From Patellaria atrata CBS 101060 (taxonomy: Eukaryota): a stretch of DNA of 34,945 nt. Both the position numbers and the translations under genes were made by a program. Below are positions 1 through 11,577 of this stretch, in pieces; positions within the stretch are counted from its first letter, which is position 1; the number at the start of each line of letters is the position of its first letter. The notes under the pieces are model-generated. The model did not search any database. It was not told the origin of the DNA and saw only the letters and a program-made list of their open reading frames with translations. The stretch covers positions 3,025,561 through 3,060,505 of the forward strand of contig MU006089.1 of NCBI GenBank assembly GCA_010093705.1, written 5' to 3'.

Positions 1-1146
1 GTGATTCAAATTTTGTTCTTCTTGATAGGCAGCCGTTGCTAATTTTGATATAGGAATCGTGGACTTCCCTCATTAGCTCATGATAGTGAAACCGGGATAA
101 TCGGTAAGGACAGCGCACCGCAGTGAGGTGGAGCTGACCGCAATGGAGGCTGTTAGATTGTGAATCTTACCAGGTACATTTCAGATTACCTTATTAGTAC
201 TCAAAATTTCCGTTAGTGAGGTGTGGCACAGTTAATCGGAACCTGAACCTGGAAGATAGTTCTAAAGCCATTCTCTAGCCGCACCCCAACCCCTGTTCAA
301 AGGTTAAAGGGATGTCTTTTTTGTACGTGATGTCCTTTCATTCACCGCCCCGCTTGCGACCGTAAGGTAGGTACCGATCACGAACCTCAAGAGAATATTA
401 CAACTACGGCCGTATTAGTACCGAACATTAAATTTGTCGTGATATCTCGGGATTCCATGCTACGGATGATTGCCGTGGCCATTTTGTCGCATGAAACTCT
501 CTGTCACATCTCGTAGTTCCACGTGCCAAGTACCAAACGATGGATTAAACCTACAATTAGAACATGGGATAGAGAATCAAACGGTACTGTACTGTACATC
601 GATATTTCTGTTCTAGAGTCAACACAAGAGTAGTAGTTCTACAACAGACCATCGTGATCCGTCGCTAGACCGCAGCTCCTCCGCTACATCATAGTTGAAA
701 GATAGACGACGACGAGAGGGTATTGTACGGCCCTGCGACTTGATGACATTGGTTAAGGCAACAGTTTCGCGCTAGGGTACGCGTAAGATAAATCCTCAGG
801 CTCACCGGTCGTGAGCTGAAGGAATAAGGTAGGAGCGACGGTATTTCCCAGTTGACGAACAAAGAAAGGGCTACCTAGGTGTAACATATCAGCAACTGAA
901 AAATTGGGATGAAGTTGAAGAGTGGTTACACCCACCAGACCGGTTTGAGGTTGTGACGAAATCGTCTGCGATACCCCTGAAACAGTTTGCGGGCATGGCG
1001 GGGTAGCTTCAACACATATATTTCAGGGGTAGGACGGACCTGCCGTAACTGGATTTTCAGACTTTCTAACACCGAAAATCACAACTTGAACTTCTACATA
1101 TCTAAGATACATCTAACAACTTGGGTTCTTAAAAGGACTAGTAACT

Positions 1147-2807
1147 ATGAAAGTTCCTACAGCTACATCTCTCGGGCACATATACCCCGAAGATGCCTTG
1201 CAAACGCAACAGAAGCGTTTGGATGATTTACTTGCCTCATTCAAATCTATCTATGGCCGACCTGCCAACTTCGTATCGCGAAGCCCAGGAAGGGTGAATA
1301 TTATCGGCGAAGTCTGTCTCAAATCGTGTATTCTAAATGCTTAGTCTTTGGGGCTGGCTAACGCCGGAATGTGGGTACAGCACATCGATTATTCACTTTA
1401 CGAAGTTCTACCTATGGCGGTCACGCAAGATATTCTTATTGCCGTCGCTGAAAACCCCGAAAGTCGGAACCTTCGAGTGGCGAACGTTTATAGTGAGAAG
1501 TTCTCCTCACGAGAGTTCGAAGTCCCCACCGAAGGTGAAATCGAAATTGATGCTTCGTCCTTAGAATGGACGAATTACTTCAAAGCGGGCTTTCGTGGTG
1601 CATCAAAGCTCCTGCAAAGAAAACGAAACTCCTTCGTCTCAGTAGGAATGGACATCTTGGTTCATGGAAATGTCCCCAGTGGAGGTGGGATGTCAAGCAG
1701 CGCGGCCTTTGTTTGTGCTAGCACACTTGCCGTTTTAAGAGCAAACGGAGAGGATGCAATCAATAAGAAAGAGCTTGTAGAGCTAGCAATCGTATCCGAA
1801 AGGTCTGTAGGAGTAAATTCAGGAGGGTATGTATATGATTCTATGTAACTCTGCATACTTCGCTCACGGACCGCAGGATGGATCAATCAGCATCGGTGTT
1901 TCCACTTAGAGGAAGTGCTATATACGTCTCTTTCAAACCAGAACTATCTGTTAAGTCTGTTCAATTTCCAGAGACTAAACCTGAATTGACTTTTGTAGTC
2001 GCGCAGAGCTTCGTTGCTGCAGACAAACATACCACCGCTCCGGTCTGCTATAATTTACGTGTTGTGGAATGTACTCTAGCAGCAGTGGTCCTTGCCAAAA
2101 TCTCCGGTCTCAAGCGTGCTTTACCCAAAGATTCCAGTCCGCTGGAGGTCAGCCTTCGCGGATTTCAGGACATTTATTTTGAGGAGAAAGACGGCATTGC
2201 GGACAACACAACTGTGTCTGTCGACGAGTTCCAAGTTCAGCTGGAGAAGCTCGTTCAGTATACGCAAGACTATCTACCCCAAGAAGAGGGCTACACCCGT
2301 GAACAGATCTCGGATATCACGGGCATATCAATTGATGACTTGAAAAGTCGTTTCGAGTCCACTTTCAAAGTACATGCAGACCGTTTTAAGCTTCGACAAC
2401 GGGCTCTACATGTTTTCACGGAAGCTCTTCGAGTTAACGAATTCTATTCTCTCCTGACATCCTCTTCACCGTCGGAAAATCTACTCGAACATTTGGGCGA
2501 ACTGATGAATGAAACCCAAAACTCCTGTCGCGATGTCTACGACTGCAGTTGCCCTGAGCTTGACGAACTATGTACACTTGCTAGGAGAGCTGGCTCATAT
2601 GGTAGTCGGCTAACGGGTGCTGGATGGGGTGGGTGCAGTGTGCACCTTGTCCCGAAAGATAAAGTCGATGCTGTGAAGAATGCTTGGATTACAAAATATT
2701 ACCGGAAGAAATGGCCTGACATCAGTGATGAAAGGCTCGAGGAAGCGATAGTTGTGAGTAAGCCTGGAAGTGGAAGTTCAATCATCAAGGTCGAAGGCGG
2801 CGTATAG
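1147..2807 (+). CDS. GAL1: Galactokinase (GHMP kinase); exons 1147-1311, 1381-1826, 1877-2807
   Basis: Spliced reading gives the signature SPGRVNIIGE|HIDY, the ATP-binding motif VPSGGGMSSSAA, ERSVGVNSGG|MDQSAS and the C-terminal GSRLTGAGWGGC. Introns 1312-1380 (GTCTGT..GCTAAC..CAG) and 1827-1876 (GTATGT..GCTCAC..CAG) restore the frame. Confidence 0.96.
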
Positions 2808-3513
2808 GTTTAGTCGAAAATAACAGTATCTATCCTTCATCCTCAACATTCTTATGGTCTTATTGTATAAGTTCACATTTCACACGTAAGCTAAATTGAA
2901 TATGAGCATTTCCGGCCACTGAGGTCGGGCAACACTCGTATCTGAACGATATTTCTTAGTCTTTCTTTCTATACCTAACAATCCACGAATCAAAAATCGT
3001 GCAACCACAGCAAACAAAGAGAAGTAAGATTTTACTAGCACTCTTGGACCTTGAAAGAGCAAATTCATACAGATAATCGAATACTTATGCGTTGTCATGA
3101 CGGCTTCTTACTTCCACATGGTATCGGTCATTGCTCTCTATTCAGTGTTTCTTGAAACTACTGCATTATTCCATACAAACCATGGTTATGCTCCTCATGG
3201 CATTATACTCCCAAACACCAAACAACGTGAATCTCACGATATTTCTGTGTTCGATTTCAGCGCCGGAGTTGAATTTCTTTATTCTTCTGCAACTAACTTA
3301 GTCCTTGTGCCACCACCAGTCAAAACTAGAATTAGGAGAACAAGACCATAAATCATCCATTTCACAAAGCACCCGCTCAAGATCCTTAGTATATATCTTT
3401 TCTACAATTTCAACATGCTTGCAAGCACAAAGTCTTCATCAGCAGAACATCGATCTCACGTCTTATGCCCTCACATGCTACCTGACCGGAACGAGCACAC
3501 ACCAACAACAACA

Positions 3514-3618
3514 ATGTGGTTATGTTGTATGTGCGGCACAGAAAACGGATGCGACGTTATTTGGTGCTGCGCATGTAGTCACTACACCATCAACTGTGCG
3601 GACTGCTTCTCATATTAA
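3514..3618 (+). CDS. Putative 34-aa cysteine-rich microprotein MWLCCMCGTENGCDVIWCCACSHYTINCADCFSY
   Basis: ATG in a good fungal context (ACAACAATG) with TATATA about 120 nt upstream. Nine Cys in 34 aa, patterned W-x-CC-x-C-x3-N-x6-(C)-C-x-C-x-H-x4-C-x2-C. Confidence 0.6.
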   Translation: MWLCCMCGTENGCDVIWCCACSHYTINCADCFSY

Positions 3619-3797
3619 GCCTTCCGGACAACGTGAGCGCCTAATTCTACACATTTTTCTCTTTCAACCACGCTCAATCTTCGGTTGGAATGGATTATCT
3701 GTATCAAGTGGAATCCAGAGATACGTAAGGTTGGTCAATCTCTAAACCTGATTCCCATTGCAGTACTTTTGACGAATCGTGCTAGACTTTTCAGGGT

Positions 3798-6077
3798 TCA
3801 TATGGCCAGATCTTCAACCCTGACCAATCCACTTCCCATGGCAGCCGCAGCCCATCCGCCGCAGATTGGATTCGGATTCCAACACACTTGGGTGACCGCA
3901 CTCTCAAGCTCGTGGATGGTGGTATAGATTTCACCTTCCTTGCTCCTTGCAGCAGTATTTCCCGACGAGAAGTGTTTCGTCTCTAACTTGAAACCCTCAG
4001 TGATCCGACACATCGGTTGACCGAGCAGCAATTCTCGAGAAAATGAAGGCTGTTGCTGGCCGTTTACCAGAGGATTAGGCAAAGTATCCATCGTTGACCC
4101 GTTCTGTGGTGACCTCCCATTCTCCTGGGCGGAAGGCTCTACGCCGTCATTTTTGACTGTCCAAGCCCCTTTTCCTGGCCTGTATTCATGGGCAAACCAG
4201 ACCAATTGCCAGACGTCCGACTTCAAATCTATCGGCTTCCTCAGTGAGTTGAGAGCGATGACGGTCCCGTCGAGACAAGCTGTGAGGACACCCGGATGTA
4301 GTAAGCTGGTCGCTACGGATGTGGCATTGGAATCCAGTCTACCAGCTCCAAGGGTCGAGAAGAATCTCCGAAGTGGATACATGCGCAACATATAAGTGTC
4401 GTCAGCAGAGATGAACGATTGCGTGATATCTTGCCATGAAAGACATATATTTGCCAACCTATTTCTACCACCGAAGAGGGAGTCAGCAGTAGGCGACCGT
4501 ATGTCCGTAAGGCGAAGGAAGCCGTCCATGCTGCTAGTACAGATGAGGTGGGGTCGAGAAGGATATCCCGATTCGATCTTTAGGATAAAGGTGTCATGCA
4601 AATTCTGGTAAAACCACGGTTTTGGATTGGATGGCCATGAGCGAGAATAGCCGGAGAAGGTCGCTGTTAAGTCCCATACTGCGACACTTCCATTTGCGCA
4701 ACCGGCAGCAATGTGATTATATGAGAGCCAGGTGAGACAGGTAAAGATACTCTCAGGCGCTTGCGATTCAAATGCTGCGCTGGTAATGTGAATATTTTGA
4801 GGAGCGGTATCTGGAGCTTGGTTTCTAGTTGGGAGATCGATATTGAGGATCCGAAGCTTTCCATCACCCCAAACACCCGCAAGGATGCCCAAATGGATGC
4901 TTTCTTCATTTCCGTGGACATTTCTGAGAGTCGGACACCACTGGAATTCCTTAATCGGACCCCAATCTGTGCAAATAACGGCTTCCAGCCTAGGTGAAAC
5001 ACTATCGTCGAAAGACCGCGGTTCACCTTCGATTTCAAGGAGATTGAACGACCAAATTTGAATTGAGGCCGGTGACGGGACTGTTGGTATGAAAGCGCGC
5101 GCTACTTGAGGATCCAATGGTGCGGCATCAGTGAAAATTGCTACTGCTAAATATTGTTTTGAAACATTGTGATTCGGCAACCAATTTATACATTGGGGTT
5201 TCCCGCCGACATTAAATAGCCACCCCGGCTTAGATTTTGGTTTGGATATAGGCGTGGTCTTGTCGGCTTTTTCTGTTTGCGGCCATCCGGATGCTAATGG
5301 AATACTGTGATATATAGCAAGGTTCTGAAATACTGGCTTTCTGGTGGAACCGAAGAGAAAATTTATATGTGGAAAGCGAGGATGTGGGAGATATTGTAGT
5401 GCTTCTGATGGGGATAGTGATCCTTGCTTTTGATTGCTGTATAGAGCACTTCGAAGTCCGGATGTATCTAAACTTAACTCTTTTTCTCTCATTTTCTCCG
5501 TAAAGTAGAAGCTGTATGCTAAACCCCCAGTACCATACTTATCGTGTTTTCGAGCGGGGAGTATAACCTGATTAAACCATTTATCCCTTGCCATGAGAAA
5601 GGGAATAACATCTTCATCCACGCCACCATAGGTGTACAGAATCCTATTGTCCTTACCTTGATGGCGTTTTAACTCACTGATACCACGAACATGATAGTAG
5701 TCGCCTTTTTGAGCCCTATTGATTCTGCGTTTTCCAGCTTTGTGGGTGGACTTTCGACCTTTTTCCGTTAAATATGTGTCTGGTCCTATTATTGAATCAT
5801 TGTCATCGTATTTATCTCCACCTTCATCGTACTCTCCATGCTCTTCCGCGGAAGCATTGTCTCCGGAACCTTCATCGAGCGAGAGTTCGTTCTCCTCTTC
5901 ATTCCCGATATCTTCATTTCCGTTCAAGCTATATTCATCTTCCGATTCTTCCCCTTCTTGCGTTGGAGCATCTTCATCAGAGTCCGAAGATCCGAGCACG
6001 TCTTTCAGTCCTTCGAAAGCATCGATAGAATATCTTTTAGCTGCATGGCGCTGCCTTCCTGATCGCCTAGCAGACAT
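3798..6077 (-). CDS. TFC6: Transcription factor TFIIIC WD40 subunit (Tfc6/Sfc6/tau91-like), 759 aa
   Basis: Uninterrupted ORF with a basic start, an acidic low-complexity N-terminus and WD-like repeats (GILAGVWGDGKLRI, IAAGCANGSVAVWDL, SSMDGFLRLTDIR). The C-terminus VCWNPN..GGWAAAAMGSGLVRVEDL is as I recall for fungal Tfc6. Confidence 0.8.
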   Translation of the reverse strand: MSARRSGRQRHAAKRYSIDAFEGLKDVLGSSDSDEDAPTQEGEESEDEYSLNGNEDIGNEEENELSLDEGSGDNASAEEHGEYDEGGDKYDDNDSIIGPDTYLTEKGRKSTHKAGKRRINRAQKGDYYHVRGISELKRHQGKDNRILYTYGGVDEDVIPFLMARDKWFNQVILPARKHDKYGTGGLAYSFYFTEKMREKELSLDTSGLRSALYSNQKQGSLSPSEALQYLPHPRFPHINFLFGSTRKPVFQNLAIYHSIPLASGWPQTEKADKTTPISKPKSKPGWLFNVGGKPQCINWLPNHNVSKQYLAVAIFTDAAPLDPQVARAFIPTVPSPASIQIWSFNLLEIEGEPRSFDDSVSPRLEAVICTDWGPIKEFQWCPTLRNVHGNEESIHLGILAGVWGDGKLRILNIDLPTRNQAPDTAPQNIHITSAAFESQAPESIFTCLTWLSYNHIAAGCANGSVAVWDLTATFSGYSRSWPSNPKPWFYQNLHDTFILKIESGYPSRPHLICTSSMDGFLRLTDIRSPTADSLFGGRNRLANICLSWQDITQSFISADDTYMLRMYPLRRFFSTLGAGRLDSNATSVATSLLHPGVLTACLDGTVIALNSLRKPIDLKSDVWQLVWFAHEYRPGKGAWTVKNDGVEPSAQENGRSPQNGSTMDTLPNPLVNGQQQPSFSRELLLGQPMCRITEGFKLETKHFSSGNTAARSKEGEIYTTIHELESAVTQVCWNPNPICGGWAAAAMGSGLVRVEDLAI

Positions 6078-6492
6078 GGGTTTCAGTAATATGCGACCTT
6101 ATTGTGTTAGACCCAGATAGTCATGAAGCAAACTTGTACCAATGTTCTATGTATTGACAGTATGAAGTTGTATCTTTATCTTCGAAAGTTTATAATAGCT
6201 TGTTACCTTATTACATGGTAGCATGCACACAAAGTACTCCGTATAGTTCTAATTGGGTGTGATGTGTGATGTCAAAAGGCAAATGGTGTCATAGCGTCTT
6301 TGAACCGGGGGGCCGCGGTTTAGGTTCCATTTGCGCCGTCACGGCTGTCACCTGTAGTTCTACCTGACCTTAAAACTTCTACATATTACCAACATAAAAC
6401 AAACGAGCTGATATAGATACTCAGCCCTCGATATCTACTCCTGATACCCTCTGGATTCTTTATACGTACAGCTCGATACTAATCAAACCATC

Positions 6493-8115
6493 ATGGCGTC
6501 TATACCTCCCAGACCGGCGTCTCAAAGACGATCTTCTCCTCCACAAGACACATCGCAATCACAAGCTTCGTCATTACCGCGAACGGACAGCGTCGCCCTA
6601 TCTACTATCTCAGAAGATTCACAGACGCTCTTACTAAATCCCCACTCTCCTTCTACTCCAGAGTGGTCGTTCCAGGACACAAGCAGCGAGCCAGCAGTTC
6701 CTGCTCCAGTTTCCCCTACAGAAGACTCAGAGCCCCGCAAGTGTTGGATATGCTTCTCTGACGAAACGGAAGACACTCCTACATCCTCCGAATGGCGCAA
6801 TCCATGCCCATGCGCTCTTACAGCACACGAATCTTGTCTCCTGGACTGGGTGGCGGACCTCGAACTCTCCAACACCCGTCGCCGCACAGGCCCTAGAGGC
6901 GAGATACAGTGTCCCCAATGCAAGTCCGAAATCAAGGTCGAACGTCCAAGGAGCGTAGCCGTGCACGTCATTCGCCTAATAGAACACACCGCGAAGCTTC
7001 TAGTTGTACCTACGCTTGCAGTAGGTGCAGGAACTATGCTCATACAGGGGTCTTTCATGCACGGCGTGGGTACCATCTACGCAGTTTTTGGTTTCAAAGA
7101 CGGATATCAGATTCTTAGGCCGCTCTATGATGTTCAACATATCCGTACAGGTGCAATCGGAAGCTATCTGCGAAGTGGAGCCTTCTTTAACAACGTACGA
7201 CTACACATGAACTTGGTTACGATACCTCCGATTTTAATTGCGTCGCGGACCAAATTAGCGGATAGTATCCTTCCCGTTCTTCCCCTGCTCTTCTTTGCTA
7301 CGTCATCAAGGACAGAGGATCACATCAATTTAGACCGTTGGCCCCCAAGCGCGGCGCTTGCATTTTCAGTGCTACCTTATGTTCGCACAGCATACAATGC
7401 ATACTATGACAAAGTGTGGGCGCCGCATGAACGTCGCTGGCTCAAAGAAATCCAGCCGCGTGCCGGTCAAAACGATGAAGGTGAACCGGTTGATCCTAAT
7501 GCGGTCAATGATATCCAAGAGATCGGTGAAGACGAGGCTGTGTTTGAGATCAACGTGGACTTAAATGTCGGTTGGGATGATGGCGACGAAGCAGAGGAGG
7601 AGCAAAATGAGATGGATCGGGTCCAGGACAATCCGGAAGAAGTTCCTGAACTTGAGCCAGAGGTGGCGCATCCTTTCAACGCTCCACCGGAAGATGATGC
7701 AGCACCAGCTCCCCATATTCCGAGAAGACCAGCACCGCAAGCTCGACCTGCAGTTGAACGGCAAGAAGGGAATACCATCCTCTCACTGACTAAGATGGCA
7801 GATACGACGGTTGGGGCATTGATATTTCCGTACCTCGCTGCTGCTGTCGGTGATGTCCTTCGTTTGTCTTTACCCTCAGCACTAGTAAAACCCCCTTTGC
7901 AAAGACTAGGTTGGGGTAAGACAGGAGAAGGCAAACCGACCGGACTTCTACAGACTAGATGGGGAAGAACATTAGTTGGAGGATGTCTTTTTGTGGTTGT
8001 TAAAGATGCTCTGATGTTATATGTGCGATGGAGAATGGCAAGGAATCAGCGTCTGAGGCAGATTGTAGATTGGCAAGGAGAGCGCAGAAAAGGCGTGGGT
8101 CAAGTAGCACGGTAA
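6493..8115 (+). CDS. RING-CH (C4HC3, RINGv) membrane E3 ubiquitin ligase, MARCH5/MITOL-like, 540 aa
   Basis: Contains CWICF...WRNPCPCALTAHESCLLDWV...CPQCK, followed by hydrophobic segments, an acidic loop and a C-terminal RTLVGGCLFVVVKDALMLY segment. Divergent from TFC6 across 415 bp. Confidence 0.88.
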   Translation: MASIPPRPASQRRSSPPQDTSQSQASSLPRTDSVALSTISEDSQTLLLNPHSPSTPEWSFQDTSSEPAVPAPVSPTEDSEPRKCWICFSDETEDTPTSSEWRNPCPCALTAHESCLLDWVADLELSNTRRRTGPRGEIQCPQCKSEIKVERPRSVAVHVIRLIEHTAKLLVVPTLAVGAGTMLIQGSFMHGVGTIYAVFGFKDGYQILRPLYDVQHIRTGAIGSYLRSGAFFNNVRLHMNLVTIPPILIASRTKLADSILPVLPLLFFATSSRTEDHINLDRWPPSAALAFSVLPYVRTAYNAYYDKVWAPHERRWLKEIQPRAGQNDEGEPVDPNAVNDIQEIGEDEAVFEINVDLNVGWDDGDEAEEEQNEMDRVQDNPEEVPELEPEVAHPFNAPPEDDAAPAPHIPRRPAPQARPAVERQEGNTILSLTKMADTTVGALIFPYLAAAVGDVLRLSLPSALVKPPLQRLGWGKTGEGKPTGLLQTRWGRTLVGGCLFVVVKDALMLYVRWRMARNQRLRQIVDWQGERRKGVGQVAR

Positions 8116-11100
8116 TAGGGAGACTTGGAATAATCTGGGAAATTGTCCACGGAGCAGAAACACAATTCCTTCCTCTTCTCCACCCACGTTTGGTAATCCT
8201 CGGTTGCTGTACACTTACTATATCTACTTTGCTCTGTGGACACTTAGACTAAGATCTCGACAGCTGTCCTAAGTTATGCGTAGAGTACGCCTTGTACAGC
8301 TTAGAGTCCGTTGTGCGATCTCATTCAGTACGTAAAGCAGAGTTGGAGACCTTTTTTTTTTTTGTGGAGCAAGCGTACTGTACAGTAACCTTGGAGTGAC
8401 ATTAGAAATGGAAGGGATAGCAGAGCGGGTGGGCATCATTTGCATTTCTCGGCGTCTTCACTCCAATCCATAATTTATTATCCGAGATTCTCTGGAGGGC
8501 TCTTATACATTAGCATCATTGTGGAACATAGGGTCTTTCGGTATTTGTAGAACTTCCACAATCCCCGTAGGGCTGAGTTAGCTTGGCTAACTTAATCGGC
8601 TGCCTAACATCTATCAGTGTGTTTGACCACTTCTCACGTCGGTCAGAATGTTCGTTGTTTGATCGGTTTTCGTACTTCTTAATTAAACTTAAAGTAACAA
8701 TATAGAGCACACCACTGGTGCGCTGGTTTCGGCATCTTGTCAGCACTATTCACTTACGTATCATATTAGCCATCTTTTTCTTTAAGTCGTATTTCACATT
8801 GATCCTACTATACAAGGAGTTCCATTCTTGGAAAAACAAAACTCTCCAGCTCTACGGAAGCTACCACAAGAGTCGGGTTCGGAAAATAGACAATTTCAGA
8901 AAATAGAAAAGAGAAGTCAAGTAGAGATCTTCCTAAGCTCCAGGTACTCCACATTGTGAATGAAGCGATCAGTGATACCATCAAATAGTGTACACCGAAC
9001 CGGTTTAGGGAATTCAGGCGGTTGGAGAGAGTTCTTAAGCACTGGTGTCGAACTACGTCTGGCTTGCACACCTGTGAGTTACTTGCCCAGATGTCATATT
9101 TCGAACGGATATTTAGGGAATTGCTACCATCTATGTCACGATGGTGCGGAGGTTCTACAACTGACGGATGAGAGGAGGGAAGAGGTTGAGGAGAGGGTAC
9201 TATCATTAAGAAGGGCTGGTATCGAATCCATAACAGATCCGGTTGAAGCGTATCTTCTCCCTCTTCTAGTCAGGCGTTTCGTAAGGTATATTGACGACTA
9301 AAAAAGGCAGATTGTTTATGGTACCACGTAACTTGTACCAAAACATAAGGTAGGATGAGGATGAATGGGTTCTAAGAGATGAGTGAGGTTACAAACATAA
9401 GGGATGTAACCTGACTGGAAGTCACGCACTTTCACTATGTCCGGCCGCGAAGTCGGATATATAGAGAATGATGATGTATGAAAACTGCTTGAAAAAAATG
9501 GTTCTGAACTAATCGACCTCTTCCTTTTATGAATATGAGATTCAGATTCAATAGTGGTCGTCCAAATACTTGTTTACCGCCAGATGATCTTCGAGGAACT
9601 ATTGGTGGAATAAAGGTACCATTGAGAACGATTCAAACACGTAACTGAAAAGAACTCAAAGATAAGGCTGAATCAAACTAAAGGACGAAAGAGATATAGA
9701 GGAATGTCGAGAAGTATATGTTAATGATGCTAATAAATCTCTGCCAAGGGTTTGCAGATCTGAGTTTCGAACTCGTTCCTCGGGCTTGATTCCAACCGAA
9801 CCCTCTTCCCTCTCTCCTGAAGACTGGGAGTACGGTACTACGAGGAAAGTGCCAGGTCAGTTTAGCATCAAAGTACTCCAATAAACTCTTCATTCATCCT
9901 TATCTCTTACTGAGGCTTAATCTTTAGTCCTTCTGTCGCTTTTGTGTTCTGCTCTCAAGGTTTTCTTTTTGGTGAATTTCCGAGTCGCTATATGCTCAAT
10001 TCCTGCCACGTAGAACATCAGTCCTCATATCTCATCTCAAGCAGCTTCCACTGCACGCTTTTATTTTATACCTGCTTCAAAAAAAGCTCTTATTAGTTGT
10101 CATCTCTTTCACATGCACCAGAAAATTGCTTGCGGATATCTCAAGGTTCACCCGGACGAAGGGTTGATGCCTGGGTCGACTTTTGACGACGTATATTCCA
10201 CGTGTTGGGCTCTGAGTCTCTCCCTCGACGGAATGAGCCATTGACTCCGTCATATAAGTGGTACGTAACGTGTAAGGATACGGGTACGTCTCAAAGCCGT
10301 TCTGCAAAGGCGACTTTCAAGGTATCGATTTCTGGGGTTGTTTGTACACAGTGTATGGCATTCATCCAAACGCCCTGCCCATCATATCTGCACTCTGTCG
10401 ATTTTGCTATCGATTTCGGGATTTGATGAGTCCTGCCGGTGCACTCAATTTTAGCCTTGATTATCCTCCGGGGTCAAAGACACGCTTTTCATGGGTACAG
10501 AATACCCCACCTTATTTAATATCTTTCATCCTCCTTCCCCCTGCAGGAGCCGCATGGATAAGGTATGTTCAACAGGAGAGAAAACTACAAACTTCATCGT
10601 CTGCGTTTTCCCGTCGACCTCCGGTCAGACGTCGATTGTCCGTGGCATTGTACTCAATTGACACACCAATGTGCAGCGGAGTATTCTCAGCTCTTAGTAT
10701 TCGTATTTTCCTTACTGACACTACTGTACTGCCAGATAATTGAGCCTAACAGCATACAATAGTATAGATCTGTCCCGGCTGTTTCTAAAGGACATTTTTG
10801 GTGGTTTTCCTGATGATCATATCTGATTGTGTCAACATCGTTCACCCGCCGTCAGGGGGCGACGATCAGAGAATTGACGGATAAGTCCTTTGCAACAACA
10901 TCAAGGACGGGGAAATATCTGCTCAAAGTTCTCATTGGATACCAAGTAATATATTTTAAGAGCTGTCTTTTTCTGAAGATAGGGGAATATCCTCTCTAAA
11001 TGCACGCCTATATCCGATATCACGTCTCCACAAAGCTTGATGCGTCCTACAACGAGGATTACGTCGCAGATCATATCCAGTTGGGTTTTGTTCCTGATCG

Positions 11101-11403
11101 TTGCTTATCTAAACGGCTTTTCTATCTCAATTCATTCTCTGTACCATGTTTCTTCCACCTTCTCTTGCAGAAATCCAATTATTCTTGCATGTGGCAACAG
11201 ATGGAAGCAGAACCAACAATCTACAGGTGGCTAGACCCAGTGATACTACCCAGGAGGAATGAGGTTTGTAGCGCTCCTTTTTCTACTCCCTTGATGCACT
11301 CGGAATATTGTACAGGTATCAGTAGCGGCTAAGTCGGTTTCTGTCCTGGAAACCTTCGAGCAATTAGATTTGATAAGAAATGGGAGCCATGGAGACCGAT
11401 CTT

Positions 11404-11471
11404 TCGATTTCCCCTCGATTTCCCCTCGATTTCCCGGTCCAATTCCCGGTCCATTAGGGATTTGTTATAAA
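11404..11471 (+). promoter_or_regulatory. Short tandem motifs (TCGATTTCCC[C] x3, TTCCCGGTCCA x2) and a TATAAA box upstream of the secreted repeat gene
   Basis: Repeats are visible at 11404-11453, TATAAA is at 11466-11471 and the ATG is at 11578. Confidence 0.5.
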
Positions 11472-11577
11472 GTCGAGGTACTGCCTGTACTGTACTCACC
11501 TCCCCCTTCGTGCTCTTCATTCGTTCTCTAAACAGTCGGAAAATCCATTCATTGCAAGATACTCTCATACTGTCATC

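Noticed and set aside
1147..3797. GAL1-GAL7-GAL10 gene cluster
   Set aside because: No epimerase or uridylyltransferase sequence is present downstream or in the 1.1 kb upstream. Sequence beyond the window start cannot be seen.
9900..11330. Scattered 65-133-aa ORFs in the intergenic gap
   Set aside because: No consistent splice model, codon bias or domain motif could be built.
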